A stretch of 62,946 nt of DNA, filler included, from Octopus bimaculoides (lineage: Eukaryota), in NCBI RefSeq assembly GCF_001194135.2. It is 5 parts of 5 records of this genome, joined end to end, with 100 filler letters (N's around TTAATTAATTAA, not from the genome) between each part and the next. Parts side by side here need not be neighbours in the genome. Positions count along the whole stretch, not along the records: positions 13,032 to 27,717 come from NC_068984.1; positions 27,818 to 55,686 come from NC_068986.1; 3 more parts are not named here. The stretch is one strand, 5' to 3'. A program made the translations under genes and the position numbers. Below are positions 23,075 through 36,122 of this stretch, piece after piece. Numbering within the stretch: the first letter of the stretch is position 1; every line of letters begins with the position of its first letter. The notes under the pieces were generated by a model. The model was not told where the DNA came from, made no database searches, and was given only the letters and a program-made list of their open reading frames with translations.

Positions 23075-23330
23075 TATGCAGGAGGTCCACCAAAAGTGCA
23101 TATAGGCTTTAACAGCTGATAACCGATTTAATTTTCACTTCTTTTTAGATTTAACCCATTAAATATAATGAAGAGATTCAGAATAAGCTTCAAATGAAGG
23201 AAATTTCTCGTAAAGTACGACTGGAAATATAAAAACGCAGTCGAAGTGTAAAACTAGTTTAGCCTAACGAGACTGAAAGATGCCCAGAGTTCCCGTTGTA
23301 TTGTTAAATATTCGACTAACTCATTACAGC
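23075..23330 (+). mobile_element. Tc1/mariner-superfamily 5' fragment, decayed
   Basis: TIR-like caggaggtccaccaaaag followed by FK*RKFLVKYDWKYKNAVEV*N*F, resembling the N-terminal HTH (ERKFILKxYWKYENAVEVQRxF) of Tc1/mariner transposases. Confidence 0.55.
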
Positions 23331-23402
23331 ATTTCATGTATGAATATTTAATCAATTTAAATTTCGTAGCTTACGTTAAAATAAACTCTTTCTCTTTTTC
23401 CC

Positions 23403-23715
23403 TTTTTTTTTTACTTGTTTCACTCATTTGATTGTGGCCATGCTGGAGTACCGCCTTTAGTCGAGTAAATCGATCCCAGGACTTATTCTTTGCAAGCCTA
23501 GTACTTTTTCTATCGGTCTCTTTTGCCGAACCGCTAAGTTACGGAGACATAAATACTCCAGCATCGGTTGTCAAGCAATGTTAGGGGACAAACACAGACA
23601 CACACACTCACATATATATACATATATACGACGGGCTTCTTTCAGTTTTCGTCTACCAAATCCACTCACAGGGCTTTGGTCAGTCCGAGGCTATAGTAAA
23701 AGACGCTTGCCCAAG
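23403..23715 (-). mobile_element. SINE family A, 5'-truncated
   Basis: Tail and body match the A consensus; the sequence stops at cttgggcaag. Confidence 0.88.
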
Positions 23716-23776
23716 CATTCGAACCTAAATCTCACGTTCATTTCACTGTCAACGCTGAAAGAAAAGGAAAACCTGA

Positions 23777-23778
23777 AC

Positions 23779-23838
<60 letters not shown>

Positions 23839-23979
23839 GAGAGAGAGAAAGAGAGAGAGATAGAGAGAGAAAGAGAGAGAGAGAGCAGAATGAGAGGGAG
23901 TAGAAAGAAAGAGAATGAGGAGATAGGAAGAGCAAGAGAGAAAGCGGGTGATAGATAGAGAGGTAGAAANNNNNNNNNN

Positions 23980-24030
<51 letters not shown>
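23777..24030 (+). repeat. (GA)n-rich microsatellite; a (CT)n tract follows at 24208-24308
   Basis: Read directly. Confidence 0.93.
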
Positions 24031-24034
<4 letters not shown>

Positions 24035-24206
24035 TACGAAACAAGATATAAAACGCTAGTATTTATGTATATATATGTATATTTATATGCTTACACACAC
24101 ACACACACACATACACACAAACACACACGCACACACATTCATATATACATACATTCATATATACATACACGCATGCACATATAAATATCGAACCCTTTCT
24201 ATCTCC

Positions 24207-24309
<103 letters not shown>

Positions 24310-25296
24310 CATGTATGTTGACTGAGAGAAAGAAAGATACATAGATAATGGAAGCCAAAACGCTAGCCTCCAAGCTATATGATGTTGTAAAGTAGTCGAA
24401 AAGTATTGAGGAATGCTGAGATTTGAAGACAGTTTGACAAACTCGATGAATGAAAGAGAGAAAGAATCAGAGACGAGGAGAAGTTAGGAAGAATAAAGAG
24501 ATGGAAAAAGCTGAGAAATGGAATAAAAAGTGGATGGATTTGTGTTTGTATCTATTAATGTTGTTGCTATTATTGTATAGCCCCTGGTCAGCTCTCGTTA
24601 AGCAAACCTACGATCAAAATTCATTCCACCCATGACCACCGATGGAATGCATTTTTTCGTTTTACAGATGCAGTATATCGTATCTTATATTATTCAGTCT
24701 ATTCATTTTTTTAAAGCACAGTAGAACGTGTGATATGAGAAGGATTTGACTGCTATTTCTGGTTGTTAAAGTGACTGTGCAGAAGGCTGTTTCGATGGCT
24801 CGTGCGTGTGTATGTGTATAGTTTCTGTGTGTGTGCATATGTGAGATGTAAGGAAGCTGAATGACGATAGGATATGAGAAAGAAAACAGATGAAATAACG
24901 AATCGAAAATATGTTTGTGAAAAATGTCAACAGATAAGAAAAGAACAAATATTAAACAGAAGGAAGAAAGAGACGCGAGAAACAAGAAATATTGAAGAAT
25001 GATATTGTAAAGGAGGGAAAGAAGAAGCAGGAAGAAAAGGAATATGTACATATATATATATATGTGAAAAATTTGTAGTGATCTAAATGGCTATGGTGGC
25101 GACATAAAGGTTTTGAATATTCTGCCAAGCTACGTTTGGCGGAACTCAATTCTATGCACGCTCAGAGATTACCAATAGGGAGGTGGCATAAGACGTGACT
25201 TTTGTCGGATTTGGCTATTTGCATGCGACAGTAGTAGCTGCTGATATCCATTGATCGCTATCAAATACATTTTAACACATCGTCTACTTTTCTAAC

Positions 25297-25371
25297 CTGT
25301 CCTGCCCTGTCTTTCTCATCATATTGAAATACCAGATTAGTGTCCATTTGCAGCCGACAACAATCCGCCAT
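25297..25371 (-). CDS. Uncharacterized gene, candidate first coding exon: MADCCRLQMDTNLVFQYDEKDRAGQ
   Basis: Start context ccaaaATGGCGG (A-rich invertebrate-type context; also matches a YY1-type AAAATGGCG motif). Exactly 25 codons, donor CAG|gttaga, phase 0 matches exon 2. No splice acceptor upstream. Confidence 0.62.
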
Positions 25372-25427
25372 TTTGGAAAACGATGCAATTTTTCCGACTT
25401 GTTTTGCTTGTCTTCTCTAGATATATA

Positions 25428-25441
25428 GTTTTCCATGCAAC
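25428..25441. promoter_or_regulatory. RFX X-box-like motif upstream of the candidate ATG
   Basis: GTTTTCCATGCAAC (minus strand GTTGCATGGAAAAC), an imperfect match to GTNNCC-AT-GGNAAC, 57-70 nt upstream of the ATG. Confidence 0.2.
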
Positions 25442-26113
25442 ATTCGATTCTTTAACACATCTAGGATTCTTAGATTGCTACATTCTTTGATTTCACGATT
25501 TCACAATTCCCAACTGCTATATTCAAAAGCTATTTCAGTAATCTATATCATTTTATTTCTGTATTTTCAATCATATTAATTTTAAATTTATAAAGATATT
25601 CTCCTGAGCATTATTTTTATGTTCATGACATTTGCTTTTATCTATCTGCTTATTTGTTTATTTATTTATTTTTATTAAAAATTATCATGTTGAATGATTT
25701 GATAAAATGCTGACTTCAAACAGCGGTCTGACAGAAAACCATTTATTATTTCAGAAATTGTAGTATTTTTATGTCATTTCTTATATTATCGATGAATATG
25801 GTATTACTTTAAAAAAAAACAGCTATGATTATACGTAGATGTGTTAGGATTCAATTTCATTCTCTATGACAGAATCCTGGAACTGTGTTCAAAACTAAAT
25901 CGGTGTTCACGGCTGCAACTGTTCACTGAATCCTCAGTGACTGAATAACTAGAGAATTGGGCTCATGATATATAGCTCATGGGTTCAATACAAGCTATAA
26001 ATATTCCTATTTTTTTTTCTATTGATACGATATTTCAAATACTAGAATTATATTTATATATTAAATAAAAAAGGCCTACTTTATTGTAATGTTTATGAAT
26101 CTTTTATATATAT

Positions 26114-26182
<69 letters not shown>

Positions 26183-26480
26183 GATAGATATATATAGATA
26201 TATATAGATATATGTATGTATGTCTATATGTATGTACAAATGCATATTCGTATCAATGTCAAAAATCGTTCAAGTGTGAAACCAAGCATTAGCTACGAGC
26301 TGCAATTGATCATTTTATGTTACGATTCAGTTAAATCTCATATTCTATTCTCTAAGCTACAATAACGTTTCGAGATGCCAGCTTTGAATCCCCGAAGTAA
26401 AAGTTTCTGTTTTATAGTTTTGACTCCATCTTCAATTAAAGCAAATTATACATACATACATACATACATACATACATACA

Positions 26481-26733
26481 TGGTAAATGCTTAAAGAAGG
26501 GTCTGGATAAACTGGGATTTTCAGAAAGAGAAATCAACCGACCGATACGTACATTACAAGTGCAATCTGTGAGTGGAACAGTAAAAATATGCAAGACTTT
26601 TCTGAAGTTCCACATGTGAATTCGTCTGTGTTAAGTACATCCCAAAGATGGAGCCTTGTATTTTTATTGGAAACCGGTTTCCTTCTCAGTGGAAGATCTA
26701 TAATAACTAAAAAAAAAAAGAAAATAGAAGAGA
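26481..26733 (+). mobile_element. RLE-type non-LTR retrotransposon, extreme 3' end (element 1)
   Basis: Starts right after (TACA)8 at 26449-26480. Encodes KCLKKGLDKLGFSEREINRPIRTLQVQSVSGTVKICKTFLKFHM* (stop 26617-26619); the 3' UTR ends at (CATA)3. Confidence 0.8.
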
Positions 26734-26745
26734 CATACATACATA

Positions 26746-27514
26746 TATGGACCAACAACCGGATTACTACCTTCCAATTTGAAGGGTATACATTTGCAAT
26801 CCAGGAACAGGAAATATCAACCAAATACCTGATGCACAAAAGGAATAGAGATGCAGGAAAAACAGTAAAATGTGACAACCGATGCAGATTTTGTGGAATT
26901 CACACTGAAGATATCACCCACATCATAAGCAGTTGTCCGAAAATGTCATCACGGTATAATCTACCAATGAGATATAATGTTGTAGCTAGGACACTCTATA
27001 ACGAGATCCATCGAAAGGAAAACTCCCAGGACAAAGAAATAAGAACCCACAATATGGTAGAAGCCTTAGCCACTCGTAATAAAAAGGAATACTGGTGGAA
27101 TGTTCCAGTGAAAACCTCAATAAAATGTAAGCACAATGGACCTGATTTAATGATTTGGGATAAAGAGAAACTGTGGACAATTGTGGAAATTAGCTGCCCA
27201 GCGGATGTTAACATAAAACTGAAGGTCAGTGAAAAAGAGAACACCTATGCTGAGCTATTGAGAAATCTGCAGTTACTTATCCAGATTACAAGTTCAGGTT
27301 TATACCTGTAATTATTGGGGCCCTGGGACATGTAACACACTGTCTAAATACCAATCTTGAGAAATTAGGTCTCTCAAAACCAGAAAGCTAATTCGAGGAC
27401 TATAGATCCAATCCATCACTGGAACTGTAAAAATCTGTAAGACTTTCCAGAAGTTTATCATTTTAGTATATATGAGCAACTATATGCAACTATATGCAAC
27501 TATATGCATGAGAA
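26746..27514 (+). mobile_element. RLE-type non-LTR retrotransposon, 5'-truncated (element 2)
   Basis: FEGYTFAIQEQEISTKYL, CRFCGIHTEDITHIISSC (CCHC), GPDLMIWD...VEISCPAD...KENTY (RLE), then a frameshifted PVIIGALG...GTVKICKTFQKF. Followed by tacatacata. Confidence 0.92.
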
Positions 27515-27675
27515 TACATACATAAAACATACGGTATTGTGGAGAGGAAGCCGTCTAGTTTCTTTTTTTTGAAGACATCTACGTTCACATTATGTAGATT
27601 TCTGAATTTTTGTTGCAAGGCATTGAAGAGCTGTGGGCTGTTGAACCCTAGACTACTGTAGTACCTGGTCCTGAA

Positions 27676-27717
<42 letters not shown>

Positions 27718-29099
27718 NNNNNNNNNNNNNNNNNNNNNNNNNNNNNNNNNNNNNNNNNNNNTTAATTAATTAANNNNNNNNNNNNNNNNNNNNNNNNNNN
27801 NNNNNNNNNNNNNNNNNACATATATGTAATTAGAACATAAAATAACGTTCCTTTAAAGGAAATATCTGAAATGTTGTAAAAGATCTGAAGAAAATTTTGT
27901 TGTCAATAAATTGTACTTTTGATTCGACGTTTGCATTGTTTAACCTAAGACTATTTGCATTGTCATTCGTTCTGAGCTACCAGTACCGTCACATATATTC
28001 CAGTTTCTTATTTACAAAAGTGTAATTCTCGTTTAAATTCAGTTTCCTTTATATATTGTCTATAAAAGTATAATAAACCTGTCTTTTTTTCAATTTAAGT
28101 GTTAATTACATTGAAATATTTATGTTGTGCTTCTCTTTGTGTTTGTCCTTCATCCTTTTTGATGTTGTTATTCGTTTGCCCCAGTATAACACTTTTTGTT
28201 TCCTCTCTTAACTATCTATAAATTATAAACTTTATAATTGCGGTTTATTTCGTTGCTCTCTCGTTGCTCTTTCAACGTGACAGACTGTCAAATTAGCTTC
28301 TGTACTGAATAATAAGAAAGCTCCCATTGTTAGGTAGACTTTGAAATCTACGTAATTATATAAACAATTTTTTTCTTGCCATTGAAATAGCTGTACAACA
28401 CAATAAAATTATGAGTTGTATGTGAAAATTATGCCTTTCTCTCCACTTTTATTTCGAAGTAGGCTGCTCTCCACGATGAGTTAAGATGCTTTTGTGTATA
28501 CATCTAATTTGGTACACTTGAATTTACTGCGTTATAATAACGTATTGGAGTTTAACTATATATAATCAATGGTGTTCTAAATTTCCNNNNNNNNNNTATA
28601 TATATATATATATATCCATTGCATGTAGCGCATATATTAAGATTCATAATTTCAGTATTCCTTTTATGCGATGGGTATTCCAGAAGATTCGAGATTTAGT
28701 TAGAAGAAGTAGTTATAGCTGCCTTAGCTCATTCTAACACGGGCATATCGTTATTATACAAATACTAAGCGGAATACCCTACATTTTTTATTCCAGGATC
28801 AATGAGGTGGCTATGATAGCAATTTGAACAACTACTAAACATCGCATGAGTATACAACGTGACAACCAAAATTCAGACTCTTTAGCGAGACATAAATTCA
28901 TGTATGTATGAGGAAACCCGGACTGCAAAATGGATGGAATACAATATGCTGAACGGAATTCCACCCATAACGGACAGTATCAGGATGGGTCTAAATGACT
29001 GTTGTACAAAACAAAGAATACTAACAAATCCATTTTCTAGTTACTTAAGAAATTATTATTATTTCAACTAACACTGCAGAGTTTCTCAAGTAGATCCAA

Positions 29100-30137
29100 A
29101 GGTAATATACCCCGACGGCGGACGACATCAGGCAGCTCAAACTGTGCCGGTGCTCTACTAAACACTGCAACATAACCTGGATGTGTAATGTCACTGTACA
29201 TACACGACAGGGTGTAAGCGCCCTGCGAGAAAATTTGGATTTAATAAGTATCAGAAATGGAGTGCAAGAGAGACTAGTACGCTGGTATGGTCATATGTTG
29301 CGAATGAACGGGGACAGCTGTGTAAAAAAGGGTCGCACCCTAGCAGTTGAGGGAACCTGTGGAAGAGGTAGATCTAGGAAAACCTGGAATGAGGTGGGGA
29401 AGCACGACCTTCACACATTGGTCCTTTCCGGGTCAATGATTAGTGACCGAGACCTTTGGAGATATGCTGTGCTTGAGAAAACCCGACATGCCAAGTGATA
29501 CCATGGACCATGGGCCATGGACCATGGACCATGGACCATGGACCATGGCCTATGCCAGTGGGTGTAACCGGCCCACTTATGAATACACATCATTCATTGG
29601 ACAATAAATTTGCTTTCGAACACCTATTGGGGCAAGTGAAATCAAAGTCAAATTCGAAATCGCTGACTGATGACAGTACCGCCTGATTGCAACTCGTCGC
29701 CAGAAGAACATTAAAATCACATCCAAGAGTGATCATTTCCTGGGTCACGGATTCTCTCCGGTGCCCTTGGCACGTGAAAAGCACCATTGAAGCGTGATCT
29801 TTGCCAGAGTCACCCTACCGGTACATATGCCGGTGGCACGTGAAAAAAAAATCGAGTGTGGTTGTTGCCAGTGCAGCCGCACTGGCTCCCAAGCAGGTAG
29901 CACGTAAAAAAAGACACCCTTTGAGCTTTGTTCGTTGCCAGAACCGCCTGTCTGGCCCTCATGCCAGTGTCACGTAAAGGTATCCACTAAATTCTCGGAA
30001 TGGCAGGTGTTAGGAAGGGCATCCACCTGTACAAACATTGCCAGATCAGATAGCCTGGTACAGCCTCTAGTTCACCGGTCTAGAGTGAAACCGTTCAACC
30101 CATGCCAGCTTGGAAAGCGAACATTCGAAAATGATAA
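29100..30137 (+). mobile_element. RTE-clade LINE 3' end with long repetitive 3' UTR
   Basis: WMCNV...VQERLVRWYGHMLRM...GTCGRGRSRKTWNEV...DRDLWRYAV (RTE C-terminus), stop at 29496-29498. Tail aacccatgccagcttggaaagcgaacattcgaaaatgat. Confidence 0.9.
29501..29548 (+). repeat. (CCATGGA)7 heptamer tandem repeat
   Basis: Seven units, each containing the palindrome CCATGG. Confidence 0.95.
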
Positions 30138-30189
30138 CACGTAAAATGTTACCTTCCGGGGTACCCGTCTGGGGGGGGGTGGGGAAGTC

Positions 30190-30452
30190 GCTTCGCTTGC
30201 TAACTTAGGGTTCATTTTAGGAAACACCAGCAGTCGCCTATGCATTCTAGCCACCCATTCCCACGCTACCGTTGTTATCTAAGGGAACGGCAAAGGGGCC
30301 GATACAAGAGGACGTTGTCACACATTTCTACAGCTGGGTGAATAGGGGCAACGTGAAATAAAGTGTCTTCCGCAAGAACACAAAACGCAGCCCGGTCTGG
30401 GAATCGAACTCACTTCCTCACGATCATAAGTTCGACACTCTAAGCACTAAGC
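30190..30452 (-). mobile_element. tRNA-derived SINE, family D (CORE-like), decayed
   Basis: Reverse complement gcttagtgcttagagtgtcgaacttatgatcgtgagg...gagttcgattcccagaccgggc...aagacactttatttcacgttgc. Confidence 0.7.
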
Positions 30453-31268
30453 TTTGCGAAGGCACATGGTTCAGTATACACACACGCACATACACAAACA
30501 CGCACATACACACACATGCACATACACACACGCACACACACAACACGCACGCACACACATTGACAATACTTCCCGGCGTTGCCGGGGTGTTATATCCTAC
30601 AGTCATATTGTATTATCTGTTTCTCACACAAACAGCGTGAAGTAGACAAATCTTTCGTTTTTTTATAAACATGCTTTCAGTCATTTTGTGGTGCACAATG
30701 CTGATATTTTTAACACCAAAAAACATGTAGAATAGCGGCGTAGATTTGAATGAAATCCTAACATTGCCCACCAAAATTATGTAAAATTAGGGATGTAAAA
30801 AACTGTGTAGCGAATGAAGACGTAGCAGTATCCGTATTGCAGAAAGTAAGGTACATGGAAAGAAAGCAGCTTCATTGGCAAAAACATCATCTCTCATGTT
30901 TGGGAAGACTGCAAACTTCAATATATCTGACGTGAAACCGACAATGCTCGTAAGTAAACTATATTTTCTATTAGGTCAGTGTTGGTAGACTAAATATACA
31001 AGTCATCTTCACTGCTAACTCGAGAGCTTGCGACATATACTTGTCCATGAGAAATGCATGGTATTTTTAAATGTCACTTGGCTATGTACACCTGATTTCG
31101 AGCTTCAATGCTTGAAATGTGGAGTAGAGAGACAGCCGATAAGTGACGGAGGGTCATTTTACTCTTTTCCAATTTTTGCTCGCTGTGTACGTATTTCACT
31201 CGTTTTCCCTCGTTTATTTATGTACACTACTCCTTTTTATCGACTAATTACTATCGACNNNNNNNNNN

Positions 31269-31928
31269 TATATTGTGCAGTTCTTAGCTAACTCCTCCTG
31301 GAAGGGATCCATATACATAGCCCCAGGGAAATAAGCCATTCTTCTTCCAAAATTTGGACTGTCAGAGTTATTTTCGTAATTTATCCAGTACAGCCCTTAA
31401 ACAAATAAATATTTTTTTCCTAAACAATAGAACGACTTATTTCTGTTAGTGATTTATTCATGAATATACCAACACTAGCGCCCTGAGGGTAATATTCTCT
31501 GTGAAGTCCTTTTCAGAGTTATTTACTTTGAATTGTTATCATCTCATATTTTGTAACCCTTTTATTATGTAACATGCTTCACGCTTTTATTATACATTCC
31601 TTATGAATATTTCCTCCTATGTTCTCTATACTCTGCGAACGCATTAAAACCCTATTCGGGGCTACTTTATTTGAATCCTTACTATCGGGTAACTCATTTC
31701 ATGTTAGTACATACCTGTCTTCACATTTTGGGTATTCATAATTTATTGTGAATTCCTAAAAGCAAGATCCTGTGTAACACAGTCCGGTATTCTTTGAAAA
31801 TGCACAAAAACCGTTTCATGGGCTACACACTTTGTATTATTGTTATTGGGTTAGCGAAACAGTTATGAGAACGGAACCAAGAGATAAGGCCCGCTTTCCC
31901 GGGAATTACCGGGTACGTCAGCTCTAGT
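31269..31928 (-). mobile_element. Helitron/HINE-like non-autonomous element
   Basis: 5' actag followed by the short hairpin cccggtaattcccggg; 3' motif ggaggagttagctaa. Both are shared with 58768-59385. Confidence 0.55.
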
Positions 31929-31998
31929 ATATATATGAATATAATATTATGTATTAATTAAATTGACTGTGATGTATTCATTCCCAAGTAAGTTTATC

Positions 31999-32062
<64 letters not shown>

Positions 32063-35000
32063 TATAGTTCAAGATTCAAGCGAATCAGGCACTAAAATAA
32101 TAAAGCACCACATTGCATATGATTATATACGCAAATAATGATATAAACAGTTTTTGTCACTAAAACAAACTTAATATCTACTATATTTGAAATCAATATG
32201 CTTTGTGTGAGAACCCGTATGTCTGTGACATGTGCATATGAATGTACGTATAGTAGTGAGAATGATAACATTCTTCTGATATGAATTTATGTATATGCTG
32301 GTGCCGTTATCAATGGTCCCGATTTATATTTCTGTCTTTGTAACGCAGCCGTGCGTGAAATTCCAAGAATCCATGCTACTTTGCTATCACCTAACTACCT
32401 CTACTAAAATAAATTCATTGTCTTTAACAAACATGTCCCCCTAACTCGATAGTAAAACCTCTATTTATTTTTCTCCATTTTCTCCATACTTTTCATTTTA
32501 TCTATTTGGTTAGTCATGCATTTGTCACTCATTCTTTATTTTCTTCTGACATGTTTATACACTTACTACCGAATGGTCAGTGAAATTTTGGAGGCCACAT
32601 CTACATGATAAGCTTATCATTCTTAGTCTATATTTTATTAATTCATTTTATTGTATTTACTTCATTTTATTGTCTTCGTCGCTGAATCTTTATTTATCTT
32701 CTCTCATCGTTTCATTCACGTACTCTACGTATGGTAATTCTATTATTGAAAAGGTGAAATCGACTGAATACATTTATTTTCTGTGACTATAGAATGAAAC
32801 TATTTTTTGTTTATAGCAGAGTTTAGAGTTTTAACCTTTCAGGAAATGTTCTGAAATGTAGTCCATTCGTTGTGTTACGGCACAGTTATAGTTGTAGGTG
32901 TACACACAAAAACACGAATACACATGCACAGACAAATGCACACATACACACGCAAACACATACAAACACACACAAATACATATACACATATACATACATA
33001 CACATGTATATATGCATATATACATATGCGTGTGTTTGTAAGTATGTGTGTTTGTTTAGCGTATTTTGGTTATAAACCTCGTAACGCGCGTTTAAAAGCT
33101 CTTATGCAGTAATGAGGATAACACATTATTTATCAGGCTATTTCCAGGAATGGTTATACATGCAGAACCCCATCCTGTATAGGATTAATGTAATAATAGT
33201 ATCATAAGAACGAGAAATTATTAAGGATAATGTTACATAATGCTACACGAATATGGACGCGGTTAATGAAATCTGACGAAGGGTGCTGTAACGTACGGTG
33301 TCATACGCNNNNNNNNNNNNNNNNNNNNNNNNNNNNNNNNNNNNNNNNNNNNNNNNNNNNNNNNNNNNNNNNNNNNNNNNNNNNNNNNNNNNNNNNNNNN
33401 NNNNNNNNNNNNNNNNNNNNNNNNNNNNNNNNNNNNNNNNNNNNNNNNNNNNNNNNNNNNNNNNNNNNNNNNNNNNNNNNNNNNNNNNNNNNNNNNNNNN
33501 NNNNNNNNNNNNNNNNNNNNNNNNNNNNNNNNNNNNNNNNNNNNNNNNNNNNNNNNNNNNNNNNNNNNNNNNNNNNNNNNNNNNNNNNNNNNNNNNNNNN
33601 NNNNNNNNNNNNNNNNNNNNNNNNNNNNNNNNNNNNNNNNNNNNNNNNNNNNNNNNNNNNNNNNNNNNNNNNNNNNNNNNNNNNNNNNNNNNNNNNNNNN
33701 NNNNNNNNNNNNNNNNNNNNNNNNNNNNNNNNNNNNNNNNNNNGTGCTTTATAAGTTTGCTTATATACCAACAGATTTTTTTCTTACATGCATACAAATA
33801 AAAAATATGAATAGAAAATAAAAGATAGAAAAGAATAAAAAAAAAAATAATATAGAAATGAATATGAAAATATAAATATATAAATAATAATGGAAAAAGA
33901 AAAAAGAGAAAGGCAAAAAGACAAAGAAAAAGAAAAAAATGCGGAAGGTACGAAGACAAAAGTATTTGAAAATCGTAGTGAGAAGAGATCCGTTTATCAG
34001 GAACAAAGATATGGAGTATTTGTAGGAGTGGTCAAAAATGTTCCTGAGTGCCTGTCAAAAGATACACCCACTTACAAACACACATTCACACACACACGCA
34101 TGCACACACACACACACACAAACACACATACACACACACGCATATATATATACATGTCTAAATGTGCGTACATATACATTAATATCCATACGTACACACA
34201 CATATGCACACATAAATACATATATACATGCACATACTTATACTCACAAATACATACATATATATGTGTAAACATGCATATGTGTTCACACATAAACACA
34301 TAAGCGTGTGAAGATCCATGCAAACTTATATACTTACATTTTTTATGTAAATATACATAATTACATACCTGCACATCTATATATACTCACAACTATAGAT
34401 ATTTCCACAAATATACGAACACGAGTACATAAGATGAGTGTACAAAAATGAGTGTACTCATCAAAAAAACAGGATTAGTTCTCTTACTCTCAAGGGTCAC
34501 AGATGAATTTAACTTCACAGCAAGAAGTGCAAGAGAAATAGAAACTTAATTATTAGTATTCTGGAAAGGAATTCTCACGAAATATTCAGCTTTCGCCTAC
34601 GTTACACGAATTTCGTTACACGAATTGGAACGTTACACGGACTTTGCTAGTTCATATATAACACTTCTTTTGAATTTCTGATATAAATTTACTTAATCCA
34701 CTTTGACTTCCTATTGTGATATTCGTATCAATACGTTATTAAATGATGTCCTGCTGTTGATCATCAAATTGAAACAGAGGCTCTGTAATAGAAAGATTCC
34801 TACAGACGATGTTTTTTAGAAGACATCAGGTATATAGAATTTGTCCAATATTCGTATGTACTCATTCTATTGACGCGCAATTAACAAGTGAAATATTTCC
34901 GGTGTATTTGTTGCAACTATTTATGAATTGCATCAAATTTATCTTTATAATAACAGTATGGAAGTAGAATGAACTATGACATATTCGGAAATCGCTACAG

Positions 35001-35929
35001 CTTATTTAAGCTATTAATGCCCCAATATCGAATGAATGATTTAATCCATTTCTGTATCATAAAAATTGATTTTTTCCGAAGTATATCGAAGAAAAAGTCA
35101 CACGTTTCCTGTACTATTTCCCTAAATATATACACCTTCGGCCTTTTAAAGAAATCAATAATAATTTTATACACATATACGTCTTTTTTTCAGATTTTCA
35201 TCGATGAATACTTATATAATATTAACGAGTACAGTAGACGAATGTTTCGATAAGATTTAGTTAAAAAAAAAATTGAGAAGATAATAATTTAGATTCCGTC
35301 ACTAGATTCCTACATTATTAATGGCCAATATTTTATGTTTTCAATTTATTATTATTATATCTTGTCGACTTAAAAATACGTATTATGTGCAATACTAGCA
35401 AACTGTGTGATTAATGTCTCCTTATATAATGCAATAATTTATCGCTTACGGAGAATATTTAAAACTTTTTTCTAAAATCCCCGTAGAATGTAACTAGCAG
35501 CTTACATCTATGTTTATAACAGAATATATAAATATTTAAATATATATATATATACATATATANNNNNNNNNNNNNNNNNNNNNNNNNNNNNNNNNNNNNN
35601 NNNNNNNNNNNNNNNNNNNNNNNNNNNNNNNNNNNNNNNNNNNNNNNNNNNNNNNNNNNNNNNNNNNNNNNNNNNNNNNNNNNNNNNNNNNNNNNNNNNN
35701 NNNNNNNNNNNNNNNNNNNNNNNNNNNNNNNNNNNNNNNNNNNNNNNNNNNNNNTATATATATATATATATGTAGAAATATGTGCAAATATTGATTTTGT
35801 TTAAGCTTATATATGCGACAATCGCTACTTATCTTTGTATATGCTTCGCCTAACACTACTACATGACTTTTCTCTATGTTTAGCGAAATTTACAGAATCA
35901 GACATGGAGAACAAGAAACTAGTTTCAGA

Positions 35930-36122
35930 AGGTGACGAGCAGTCTGCCGTTACGTTCTGAGTACAAATTCTGCCGAGGTCGACTTTGCCTTTCATCCTTT
36001 CGGGGTCGATAAATTAAGTTCCTGTTACGTACTCTGGTCGATGTAATCGACTTAATCCCTTTGACTGTCCTTATTTGTTCCCTCTATGTTTAGCCCCTTG
36101 TGGATAATAAAGAAATAAGAAA
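35930..36122 (+). mobile_element. SINE family B
   Basis: ctgagtacaaattctgccgaggtcgactttgcctttcatcctttcggggtcgataaattaag...tagccccttgtggataataaagaaata. Confidence 0.9.

Noticed and set aside
30843-30949. Plus-strand exon-like segment (ttgcag|...ATGCTC|gtaagt)
   Set aside because: Isolated, poor polypyrimidine tract, lies within a Helitron-like region, and has no partner exons.
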